This document shows, one piece after another, positions 28,490-40,102 of a DNA stretch of 64,000 bases. The position numbers were made by a program, and so were the translations under genes. Location: the NCBI RefSeq assembly GCF_037042905.1, contig NC_087252.1:11596001-11660000 (forward strand), read 5' to 3'. The DNA is from Lytechinus pictus (Eukaryota). Position 1 is the first letter of the stretch. Each line of letters opens with the position of its first letter. The notes under the pieces are model-generated. The model worked only from the letters and a program-made list of their open reading frames with translations. It made no database searches and was not told the DNA's origin.

Positions 28490-29114
28490 CCTGACTGGTT
28501 GGTCATCTAGGGTAAGCATAGCCGGAGAGTTGTCTGACCCGTGGGTACCCCAAGGGTCAGTTCTCGGGCCGATTCTGTTAAGCTTGTATATCACTCCCAT
28601 CTCTGACATATAATAAACATGGTCTGCAGTATATTCGTTATGCAGATGATGTACAACTGTATTGTTCCTTTGACCCGCGCTCTTTTGATAACATAAATAA
28701 AGCACGTGAGAAAACCTCTCTTTGTATTTCAGAAATAAGTAGGTGGATGTCATCTAACTATCTCCAGCTGACTAATAGCAAAACTGAATTCATAGCTCTC
28801 TGTTCTTCTGCCCGCCATCTGCAATCAATATCACATATTCACGGCTTAATGTTAATGGTCAATGCATCCCCATCTCCACTAAAACTACTGTTCTTGGAGT
28901 ATGCATTGATAACATGTTCACACTGTCTGCTCAAGTACAGGTTGTCCGCAATTGTAATTATCATCTCAGCAATTTGTGGAGGATTCGTAGATTCATTGAT
29001 CTTAAGACACATAGGCGGATCCAGCTTTTTGCGAAAGGGGGGGGGGGGCGCACTGCCGAGCGGCGCACAAATTTTTGCACTTCACCGGCGACATAAAAGA
29101 AAATGTTGAAAAAG

Positions 29115-29156
<42 letters not shown>

Positions 29157-29496
29157 TTTTTCGGCATCACCAATTTTTCCAAAAAGGGTAGATAGCTCTG
29201 GGGAACCTTGATTTAAGCTACGCCTACCATTGTTCTCTTCATCCATTTCTTTCACACAATATTTAAATATAAAAAGAGTTGCCAAAGCTGTAGTACGTGT
29301 ATAACTTCACACATTTGTATACTTTCTCCCATACGTGTACTGTATCAAAGCAATAGCTTTGATCCAGCTGAGGCATGGCGGCTTGTCATTGTTCAAAACC
29401 CACCTTCACCCGACAAAGGAAATTATAATTGGTATGGTGTCGAAAATCTGTCTATCTGACGGTCAATTGGATCGGGGTCGCCCTAGCCACTAACCC

Positions 29497-29568
29497 GTCT
29501 CTGTGGTCTAGTGGTTAAGGCACCGGCGTTTAAGGCTGGGGGCCCGGGTTCGATTCCCGGCAGAGACA
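29497..29568 (+). tRNA. tRNA-like gene (tRNA-Glu-like body, anticodon TTA) inside a repeat element
   Basis: Stems GTCTCTG/CAGAGAC, GTCT/AGGC, CCGGC/GCTGG, CCGGG/CCCGG; A box TGGTCTAGTGG; B box GGTTCGATTCC; T6 immediately downstream. Confidence 0.7.
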
Positions 29569-29668
29569 TTTTTTCGGCATCACCAATTTTTCCAAAAAGG
29601 GTAGATAGCTCTGGGGAACCTTGATTTAAGCTACGCCTACCATTGTTCTCTTCATCCATTTCTTTCAC

Positions 29669-29756
<88 letters not shown>

Positions 29757-31086
29757 TATGACTCATGAGATAGAGACACATATCTCACCAACAAATTAAT
29801 GCGAGCGCGAAGCGCGAACTGAAATTTTTTATAGTATACTGACCTGAAAAAAGGAAAAATGTGCCTGTTTAGGACTGTTTGTAGTAACTCATGAGGAGGA
29901 TACATATCTCACTACACAGATAATGCGAGTGCCGAGGGCGAGCTAAAATTTCTTTATATTCTGACCAGAAAGGTTTATATTCTAAGCATTTTGGTACCAA
30001 TGATTAAGATGGGTATCTAAAAAAAAACAATAAATGCGAGCGCGAAGCGCGAGCTTAAAATTTTGATATTTCGATCTGAAAAAATGACAGTTTAATGGAC
30101 GTTTTTAATAGAGAACAAGATTGTATCCAACAAAAGATTATTGCAAATCGAAGCGGGAGTTCTTTTGATTAGAACTGAAAACGGGACATTCTATTCACAT
30201 ATATTTAATCATGAAAAGTATGGGGTTTTGCTACAGAAATGATGCGAGCGCGAAGCGCAAGCTGAACATTTTTATATTCCAATCTGAAAAGCGGACAATT
30301 TGCACGATTCTAAATAAAGAACGAGTTGTGTAGCTCTATCTCACTTGCTGATTTCTGTGTAACATTACCATCTTATTTTATTTTTGCATATGCGGAACTA
30401 TTGGGGGAGGGCAAAACGATATGTTTGCCCCCCAAACCCAATATTTTCATTGGTGGGGCGATCGCCCCCTGCCCCCCCCCCCCGGATCGACGCCACTGCA
30501 TATACAATGATACTACAAGTCATCATGAGTCATTTGTAATACATCACCAATCCAGGTTTATGTATTATCATTCAATTTTCATGTACATGATGTTTAGGCC
30601 TATATACATAATTATATATTGTGATGCTTTTCACTAAATCTAATGCAATTTGTAATGATGAGTAATTTTTATCTAATTACTTTGATGAAACTGGATATAA
30701 TGCTTATGAGCTGAATTCAGAAAGAGATCTTTCAAGACAGAGCTTTGGAAAAAGTTCTCCAGTTTTATAGGTATCGTTATCTTTGTTTTAAACTTCTACC
30801 TGAGTGATCAGATGAATAATATTTAACTTAATGGAAGATGAAAATAAATCAAATTTTGTGTCGTAAACATTTAAACGTTAAAACAAAGGTATTGACAAAC
30901 TGTATTTATACATTGAAAATGATATTTAGTGGTTTAAGGTCTAACGAATATACGTCTGCATTGTTGCGTAATTATACACTCCCGGTATAAGCAACGTTTT
31001 GGACTAAAATATCGAATCATCTTCATAAAACACTAAAGTAGCTGTCTTACACTAAAGACCATAGAGGTGGCACAATGTGGGATGTG

Positions 31087-31146
31087 CAGTGGCTTACCTA
31101 GGATTTTCCACAGGGGGGGCAAAACCGTCCGCCAAAAAATTTGACA

Positions 31147-31183
<37 letters not shown>

Positions 31184-31364
31184 TCTTCGATCACAAATAA
31201 AGGATTTCGTACCAGAAAAAAATTTACAAGCAAAAAAAAAAAAAAATAAAAAAATAAAAGGTCTTCAAGCTCGTCTCGTCAGGGGGGCATTGAAGGTCTT
31301 AAACCTCGTCAGGGGGGGGGGGCAAAGATACCCCCTGCCCCCCCCCCCCGTAGGTACGCTAGTG
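31087..31364. mobile_element. hAT-type MITE, family B (poly-A ladder)
   Basis: CAGTGGC(T)TACCTA...TAGGTACGCTAGTG; TSD GGGATGTG (31079-31086, 31365-31372). Confidence 0.9.
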
Positions 31365-31599
31365 GGGATGTGTAAAGAAGAAAAGTGACTGACCTTTTTT
31401 TACTAAAGCATTGGAAAATAAGATCAAAATTAAAGGATTTGCTCTACACTTTTGTATGATTCTGGGATTTCTTAAAATAACAAATTAAAGATTTCATTAC
31501 ATCTGTGGGCAACTGTCCCGCCCCAGTCCACTCTGTAAGGGCATGCGATAAGCTTTGCTATTCGTTATGACCATTCAACAATAAAATGTATAACCAGCT

Positions 31600-32175
31600 A
31601 GGTGCCGCTGATCATTCTTGACCGGCGCCGATCTAGATTTGATTGGCAATAGGCCCTTCTTCATTATTCTACCGGTGCCTATTTATTGGAACCAGGGGAC
31701 GCTGATCATTCTTGACCGGCGCCGATTTAAATTTAGGTGGCGCCGGTTAAGACAAAGGCAGCGCCGATTTGTCTTGACCGGCGCCGATTTAAACAAGTAG
31801 TGCTGATTATTTTTACAGACGTCACGTAAGATTCAGGCAGCGGCAATTCATAATCGACTGGCGCCGATTTAGAACCAGGAGGCGCCGATTATTCTTGACT
31901 GGCGCCGATTTGGATTTAGGTGGAGCTGATTATTCTTGATCGGCGCCGGTTAAGAACTCAGGCAGCGTCGATTTTTCTTTACCGGCGCCGATTATTCTTG
32001 TCCGGCGCCGATTTAGATTTAGGTGGCGCTGATTATCCTTGATTGGCGCCGGTTAAGACTCTGGCAGTGCCGATTTTTCTTGACTGGCGCCGACTTATAA
32101 CCAAATAGCGCTGAATATTCTTGCCCGGCGCCGATTTAGATTTAGGTGGCGCTGATTATTCTTAATTGGCACCAG
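31600..32175. repeat. Minisatellite of GGCGCCGATT-containing units
   Basis: Many TTGACCGGCGCCGATTT-like copies at ~20-bp spacing. Confidence 0.85.
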
Positions 32176-32985
32176 TTATATGCAGGCAGCGCACTGCTAC
32201 CGGCGAAGTTGTTGGGAAAAAGGTAGTTTTCTTTTCTTTTCTTTCCTTTATTTTTATTTTTTCAAGCGGCGCCTTTTCTTTCTTTCACTTTTTTTTTTTT
32301 TTTTTGAGCGGCGCCGCTCAAATATTAGGGGGGGGGGGGCGCGCGCCCCCTGCGCCACCCCCCTGGATCCGCCGATGAGACATGTCACCATGCTGTGCGA
32401 GCACTTATTCTTTCTCGGTTAGATTACTGTAATAGTTTATATACTGTTTTGTCAGCTAGAGATAGAAGAAAACTTGAGGTTATTCAGAATTGTGCCGCTC
32501 GATTAATTTTTGGCTTTGGATCCCGAACTCATACTACACCCCTACTGGCTACCTCTATTCCAACGTATTCAGTTTAAAGTCTGTTTATATTTATACAAAA
32601 CTCTAAATCAACTAGCACCTGAATATCTTAATAATATCATCAAATGATACACACCCTCTCGTAATCTTCGTTCAATCGCTGACACATGCAGACTTTGCTT
32701 TCCCTTATCAAAACTCTCCTCTGCCGAAAAACGGTTTGCTGTAGCAGCTGCCAAGACTTGGAATACTATCCCTCTTTCAATAAGAAATGCTTCCAGTGCT
32801 CTCGGCTTCAAATCTTCCCTTAAGGCATACCTTTTTCCTCAATAATTAATTTCCCTTTTTATCTTGAATATTGTCGTAGTTATTGCAAATGTTAAATTGT
32901 TATTCCTACATTGTACGCGCTATGGTACTTTTTGTTTTTAGCGCCTCTAAATACCCATTATTATTATTATTATAAAAAAAAAATT

Positions 32986-33023
<38 letters not shown>

Positions 33024-34593
33024 TACCAAAGCTTTAGATAGGTTTGGAGAATAACTGAAACGAGGCGTCTTTGGCTTTGGGAAACATTTAGATGTGTCAA
33101 CCAGGGGCAGATCCAGAATTTTCCAGCAAGGGGGGGGCATTTTCACAGGAAGATTTGACTAGCCGAAAATCTTCACTAAAAAATAAAGGTCATTTAATTT
33201 GTTCACGTATATACTTGACATGGTTCCTACTTGTGTATGAACGACATATATTCCCATTAAAATATGTTTTGTTACTCTCAAAAGGAATGTCCACCTCCCA
33301 CAGATGTAGATGCCTCTGTCTACCAACGACCAGCAGATGTAGATGCCCCCACCAATTACTTAGATTTTACATCTTACTCGGACCGTGTTGATGCTTCACC
33401 AGACCACCAGCCGCCTGTCAATGTCGGCGTTCCATCCAACAAGTTGCCATCTACTATAGATGTCTCCATCGATGATGATAACAGCCCCTGATACCCATGA
33501 CCCTTTTTGTCCGGATGTAGTGCCCCCTATATCCCATGCTACTCTTGGTAGGTCCCATCTTAGGAATCATGTGATAGTTTCCCACAATACCATTGTAGGT
33601 GACGTCCTTCCTTTCCAGCCTCTGGGCCCCCGCGGTGCAGCAACCTATCCAACTACCCTTGGTCCCAACTTTCCATCATTGATTGACTGATTGATTGATT
33701 GATTTTATTCTTCTTCATTTCAAACAAATTTACAAAATAAGTAGGAAGAAATCATAATATGAATAACAGAAAAGAAAAAAGGGAACTCATTGGAAAGCAT
33801 CGCTTGTTTATGCGAGTCCCTGGAAATAAATAACTGATTAAAATTCATCAAATACAACTAGAAATTAATAATGTTCAATAGAAAAATTATAATGGGGTCA
33901 AGCTTCGTGGGTTTTATGCACTATATAACACTTAATACAACCCTTATTACATGATCATACCCATGGCATACAAGAAAATATACAAAAAAACGATTCAAAT
34001 AGTGTTTATAAAATAAAATAAACGAGACAAGACGGAATATTAATAACAAAATAAAAGACAAAGACAGTGTACACAGAGGAGGACAAGACAAGACAAAACA
34101 GTACAGAAAAAAAAGCACACACAAAAAACACTACAGAAAACAATCCAAAAGACAAAAACAGACAAAACAAACAAGAAAACTGCACAATAAGAATTAAAAG
34201 AAAAGACAAAAGTGTGAGGAGAGGGGAAGAAAGAATAAGAAAAAGAAGAAGAGCGAGGCCTTCGGGATCTGATCAGGTTCTTTCAGTACAGCAGACAACC
34301 ATCCTCCAGAGTCGTGTACGGTGTACCCTGAACTGTATCCCCCATTCGTGGCCTCATCCTAGTAATTAATGCATGCTCTCAAGCTCCCCCCATGCCTCAT
34401 CTATTTGACTCTGTTAAGGTGTATAATCACATTCTCATGTATTATTGTTTGATTTTTGCCATGTTGATTTTGTTACACATTATAGGATTTTGAATGCAGC
34501 GCTGGAGAGTTCATAATTTATCCATATTTTTATGAAGGTTTATGACAATTGTTCAATTGTACTGCTTTGTGTTGATATACAGTTACTCCCAGT

Positions 34594-34653
34594 CAGTGGC
34601 GTACCTAGGATTTTCCACAGGGGGGGCAAAATCGGCCGCCAAAAAATTTGACA

Positions 34654-34702
<49 letters not shown>

Positions 34703-34749
34703 TTCAATGAAAAAATGAAGGTTTTCGTACCATAAATAAATTGACAAGC

Positions 34750-34780
<31 letters not shown>

Positions 34781-35223
34781 TTCAATGAAAAAATGAAGGT
34801 TTTCGTACCATAAATAAATTGACAAGCAAAAAAAAAAAAAAAAAAAGGTCTTCAATTAAAAAAAATTAAGGTTTTCGTACCAAAAAATAATTGACAAGCA
34901 AAAAAAAAAAAAAAAAAGGGCTTCAATGAAAAAATGAAGGTTTTCGTACCATAAATAAATTGACAAGCAAAAAAAAAAAAAAAAAAGGGCTTCAATGAAA
35001 AAATGAAGGTTTTCGTACCATAAATAAATTGACAAGCAAAAAAAAAAAAAAAAAAAAAAAAAACCAGGGGGGGGGGGCAATAAAGGTATTCAAGCTCGTC
35101 AGGGGGGGGAAAAAAGGTCTTTTAAGCTCGTCAGGGGTGGGCAGGTATATGTCTTTTGTATGGGTTGTGGCTCGTCAGGGGGGGCAGAGTGCCCCCCCTG
35201 CCCCCCCCGTAGGTACGCTAGTG
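34594..35223. mobile_element. hAT-type MITE, family B
   Basis: CAGTGGCGTACCTA...TAGGTACGCTAGTG; TSD CTCCCAGT (34586-34593, 35224-35231). Confidence 0.92.
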
Positions 35224-35938
35224 CTCCCAGTTGTTTTTTCATGTGATGTGTGTGGTTGGCTTTGAAATTGTACCTGCCCATTTGCTTGGTCTGAATGGGG
35301 GCGGTTGTTAAATGCGGTGTGGTTGAGAAGTGCAGTGTGCTCCTGTTTTGGTTCGTAGGTAAGTTGGTTATCATATCATTTTTAAAATGTTTTTCCCTAT
35401 TCACGCTCATATGAATTTTCTAGCTGTTTATTTCCTTTTCACCTGTTACACAAATCAGAGGGATGTAGGAGTTGTTGCTTTGCACTACTGGTGTTAATTC
35501 TTTAGTGCATTTTGAGACGACATGTTAACTCTGTTTGATGGATCATTTTTGCATTCGTTTATTATGTGTTTTTCCTACCGATGATAATTAGGTAAACGGT
35601 TTTGCTATATGTCCTATTCGTGTGCATTTTCATTTCAATTTTGTCATACTGCCATATGTCGTTAGAATTCATTTTTTTTATTGTGCATCATAGAGTAACA
35701 CTGTATCTTGGATTTGACGGCAAGACCGATATCATAATTGCATGGCTACATAGTTTTGTTTTTTTGCAGTCGTATTGGTAGAAATTTTGACCGTCAGAGA
35801 TAGTGCACAAGTGCTTTCATGTCGATTGTTTATATGATTAATCATTTGCAGTTTGTTTTTGTTTTTATTTCTCTCGAAGGAGGAAAAAGAAACGATGGTG
35901 ATATAAATGTATGTATAAGAACAACAAAACCTTTTTTT

Positions 35939-36477
35939 GTAAATATGGTATTGATACAAAAAGCACATACCAAATATCAATATTTTTCAAAAGCACATAC
36001 CAAGTATCAATATCTTCATAAATCAGTTACACACTGTAAAAACTGTGGTGTTAAAACTTACACCAATTCGTGTTAATAGAGGACCACACCCTGTGGTGTT
36101 AAAATAACACCCTAGAGATTGAATATAACACCAAAAAGTGTAAATGTAACAACCATAGGTGTTGTAATAACACTTATAGGTGTAAAACTAACACCACCAA
36201 TTTAACACCGGTGTAAAATAACTGGTGTGGTCCTCTATGTACACCGGTTAACACCACAGTTTTTGCTGTGCAAGCACTCAAACACAGCATTGCAAAATAC
36301 ATCATTAAATTTCAACGTGAAATGTCACAGTAAAGCATGTAAAAATTATTGTCTTGGGCATAATACACAATTAAACAACCTCATAATAACATGAAGATAT
36401 TGATACTTGGTACATGTATGTGCTTTTGAAAAATATTGATATTTGGTATGTGCTTTTTGCATCAATACCATATTTAC
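35939..36477. mobile_element. Inverted-repeat MITE hosting a CAC-terminus MITE
   Basis: ~80-bp inverted arms GTAAATATGGTATTGAT...ATCAATACCATATTTAC; TSD not identified. Confidence 0.7.
36032..36270. mobile_element. CMC/EnSpm-like MITE (CAC...GTG)
   Basis: CACTGTAAAAACTGTGGTGTTAA...TTAACACCACAGTTTTTGCTGTG; 2-bp CA duplication. Confidence 0.8.
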
Positions 36478-37099
36478 TGCATCAATATACCTACCTTATT
36501 TATCATATAATGTAACCGATAATAGTGCATTGAAACGTATTAATCATAGATGCGTTTATTACTGTTAATACGATTGTATTTTGATGACAGTGATCTAACA
36601 GCTTATACGCAAAAGAAAAAAAAATACAGAGTGTACTGGAAATATGATTTGGTTTTGTTCAGTTCCAGTGGGTTTATTGGTATACATGTTTATGGATCTA
36701 ATTTTTAATGTTGATGATAACTTACGTGTACCGGGTATATGAATCAGGCATACATTGTTTTATAATCACAGTACATTGAATTGATTAAATGCATATATGT
36801 TCTTGTTAGATATGCTAGAAAAGTTAGACAGTTTCATTTAAGTGGCTTTAACCAAGATAGGATTTGAGAAGTTAGTGTTATTGGTTGTTGATTGCTATAT
36901 TCAACCATAAGTGTTTCCTCAGGATTGTAAGAAAATATATATTTTGTCAGTTTGGATGTTTAGTTGAAAAGTTCTTTTTACAATATAACTATTGTGTTTT
37001 CATGGGGGTAAAGAAACACTGAAGGGAATGAGCCACGCCATAATAATGTTTATACTTATGGAATATTGTATCATGTTTTGTTGTTGTATTTTTTTTTAA

Positions 37100-37275
37100 C
37101 AAGCGCACACCTAGTTACAGAGAATGCGTATAGAATTTTCATTTATTTGAAAAATCATTTTTTTTTAAAGAGCATTGCCGATTAAATGATTTGCTCACGG
37201 GCATATAGAAGCAGCGGCCGGGGATCGAACCCCGGACTTTTCCAGTCAGGCGCCTAGACCACTCGACCACGGCAC
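37100..37275 (-). mobile_element. tRNA-derived SINE
   Basis: Minus strand GTGCCGTGGTCGAGTGG (A box)...GGTTCGATCCC (B box), then a non-tRNA body; cloverleaf broken; 3' boundary approximate. Confidence 0.75.
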
Positions 37276-38673
37276 TTCAACCTAATTATTCAGAGTTTAT
37301 GCCTGTATATCGATATTCTCTTGGCTGCAGCGTTTTATTAAACACAAATCTCTTCCTAATACTCGCCTGGTATTACCTGTTTTATTGTTAACTCTGGCGT
37401 AACTCAAACATTTTGGTGACAAGTTAATTTTTCTGGATAGCTTCAGGGTTAGGCTAGTGTCTAGAACAACATACATACATTTCCCATGAATCCTCCTCGA
37501 CCCCATGTTTTAATCCAAAGATATAGACTTGTGTTTCTAAAATGTCTGAATCTGCCCCTCAATTGTCATTATATTTTACTCCATATTATCAGGAAACCCT
37601 GGAGAGAAGAAAGCGTGAAAAAAAAATCGATTGATATTGAGCCTGCATTCAACTTTTGGTTCATAACCACTATTCGCATATGCTCAAAATATGTTACAAG
37701 TTTGTTGACTCTTATCTTGTCATATGTCAAATCGTTGGTATGGAGTATTGAATTGACCAAACGCTTCGTTTGGTCAATTCAATATTTTGTAATTGCAATT
37801 TTCTGACAATCATAGAAAATGAAACGCCTGTCTAATCCGTCACAAGCATACCAAATCCTAATTATTGATATCGCTCGTCCAACTAAAAACAGGAAAGTTA
37901 TAGCCATCAGTTTGATATGCACTGACAGGTATTGGGTAATATAAAACATCTCTGTCAAAAGAATTGAATGGGTAATGACGGTATAGGCCTTGCTAAACAT
38001 TAATATATTGGAGCCATATTGATTTGCATGTGTTCTCTATCCAGAATGAAGTATCAATATCAAGGCTACAGAGAATAATTATTTATTATGTTGTGGGCTT
38101 AATATCACGAAATTGAGTTCAGGCGTTATCTCGAAATGTATGTGTGTGTGTGTGTGTCTTATCCGATGACCGCTTTTCTGATATAGAAAGACATTTTTAG
38201 TAGGCCTACTTTAGGGGTACATGTACATGTATTTCGAAAAAAGAACTAAATGAGCATTGTGTATCAGGTGTATTTTCATGACATAGGCCTACGTGTAAAT
38301 CTCAAGATGAGTTTTCCATCAATTTCTTGATAAAACTGGATATGCAGTAAAGGTCTTGAATTCCTATGTTTATCATTGAATATAATAGACATGAACTAAA
38401 AAAGCCAATCACGTACTAATTGAATCATCACCACCACCACCATCGTTGCATGTGGACTCGAAAGGATGAATGTTCTTGCACATCACTGACGTCATTATAG
38501 GCCGAGACTTGCTAGCTTACAAAATACACCCATTGAAGGGTGGCATATCGGAGAAATACTGCTGAATAGAGAAAGACTTTTTAATTTGGGCATAAGCGCG
38601 GCTCCTAAAAGTTGGACGTAGGTCATTTCTACAAGCCCGTGCAGGAAATAGAACTTCAAATCCCTCCGAAACT

Positions 38674-39660
38674 ATGGAAGTTAATACTTCTGGCGACCTA
38701 ACCTGTGTAAACCTGACTCACGGAAGTACCTTAGCGTTGACAAAGGTGGACATTCTCCTTCTCGTTGTTTTTACCTCTACAGCACTAGTGATCCTGTTCA
38801 CTAACGTATGTTCATTGGTGATCATCTACAGAAACAAGAATGTCTTTGAAGATGTATCTAGATTCTTTTACCTCTGTAATGGATTGCTCGATTTGGCCGG
38901 GGGTCTGGTGGGATGTCTTCGATACTGTCTAGAAATAGCGTTGAGTTGTCGAGGGCTTTCGTGGCCATTTCATGGAACACACTGTCTCATGTTTTTCTTC
39001 TACACTTGTCTCTTTCTATCAGCAAATGTGCTGTCTTGCATCAGCCTCGATCGATATATCGCAATATCTAGACCCCTGCGATATCCATCGATTGTCACGT
39101 TACGATCTGCTAAAATCGGTTTAGTTGTCGTGACATTAGCCCCGATTGCATTCTTCACTGTTGGTCTCTTTCCACGTTCTCCTGTTAACAAAATATTTTC
39201 CTGCCGAGGAGTGGATAGTGAAGCCTTAACTGTACAGGGGATTGCCGTAACGGTCGTTCTCTTCTGTCTTTCAATGTTACCTATCGTTATTGGATTTATC
39301 TTGAACTTTAAATCAATGGCGATCGCCATAAAGCACTCCAGAGCAATTGCTGCCCTTGATATGGCCTTTCCACAAGATGAAAATCGGAATGCGGCGGGAG
39401 GTCAGCAAGTCCATTACAAGGGAGTCAAGACAGTTCTGATCATCAGTGGAGTGAATATCGTCTCGTGGCTACCACCAATCATCCGTTTCTTTGACGCAGT
39501 AGGCCAACAGAATCTAGACATTCGAGGTCTCGATGATATTCTTATCAATCTTCATTTGATTCCCTTTTGGAGTAATGTACTTGTATTCGCAAAGACAAAT
39601 AAAAAATACCGTCGTGCATGGAGAGATCTACTTCGGCAATTGTACCCATGCTCCTCATAG
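38674..39660 (+). CDS. Intronless rhodopsin-class (family A) GPCR, 328 aa
   Basis: Seven hydrophobic segments; TM1 FTN, TM2 LLDL, TM3 SLDRYIAISRPLRY, TM6 SWLP, TM7 SNVLVF, helix 8 KKYRRAW; N-terminal NTS and NLT sequons; good Kozak context. Confidence 0.92.
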   Translation: MEVNTSGDLTCVNLTHGSTLALTKVDILLLVVFTSTALVILFTNVCSLVIIYRNKNVFEDVSRFFYLCNGLLDLAGGLVGCLRYCLEIALSCRGLSWPFHGTHCLMFFFYTCLFLSANVLSCISLDRYIAISRPLRYPSIVTLRSAKIGLVVVTLAPIAFFTVGLFPRSPVNKIFSCRGVDSEALTVQGIAVTVVLFCLSMLPIVIGFILNFKSMAIAIKHSRAIAALDMAFPQDENRNAAGGQQVHYKGVKTVLIISGVNIVSWLPPIIRFFDAVGQQNLDIRGLDDILINLHLIPFWSNVLVFAKTNKKYRRAWRDLLRQLYPCSS

Positions 39661-40102
39661 ATGTGAAAACATTATACACATAAATATCGCTAGAAAGAAA
39701 CAGTTAAAAGCGTTTCTAATCCATTTTGTCTAATTCTATTGGAGACCAAGAATTTTTGACCACTCTTCAAAAGCATTGGTCGAAAAGTAACAATTTGTTG
39801 GTGAATATGACTTGTGTTCGACCAAAAAATTGGTCAATATCAACCGAAATCCTCGTACATTCTTACCAATAAAAAACATTTTTTTAGTGTTGGTCTGATA
39901 CTTATTCGCATCGGTTCATTCGAACAATCATTTCTAAGACAGATGTTTCTTAACAAATTTGATATATATCATGGATAAGCTTAGATAATGATTGCCATTC
40001 ATCCTTCGGTACTATGATTAATTAACGCATGGGCTTCATAAATAATTATAAGCACATGGACTTAGTTTTATTACGAAAACTTTAACAAATCCTGGTTGGT
40101 AT

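Larger units (their letters stand above)
29010..32377. mobile_element. Composite non-autonomous TIR element (hAT-like ends, 5-bp duplication)
   Basis: TIR CATAGGCGGATCCAG / CTGGATCCGCCGATG; AGACA at 29005-29009 and 32378-32382; removal restores DLKT-CHHAV. Contains a partial family-A MITE ending at 30498. Confidence 0.85.
3150..32972 (+). mobile_element. Decayed L2-clade LINE (EN+RT) split into five pieces: ~3150-3713, 9341-10645, 10794-11028, 28490-29009, 32383-32972
   Basis: Collinear motifs: HRGKRGG; LWNAQ-SVRNK..ITETWL; VVY|RPPPS; LLGDFNIH; GHTLDL; NPWFN; YRPVSNI; QSAYR..STETAL; LDLSAAFDTVDH; PQGSVLGP; YADDVQLY; RIRRFIDLKT|CHHAVRALILSRLDYCNS; FKSSLKAYLF*; (ATT)n tail at ~32957-32972. Confidence 0.9.

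Noticed and set aside
37195..37275. Functional tRNA gene on the minus strand
   Set aside because: Anticodon arm and acceptor stem do not form; it is a SINE head
37300..38050. Possible ancient LINE remnant (IDIEPAFN-like motif)
   Set aside because: Too degraded to support
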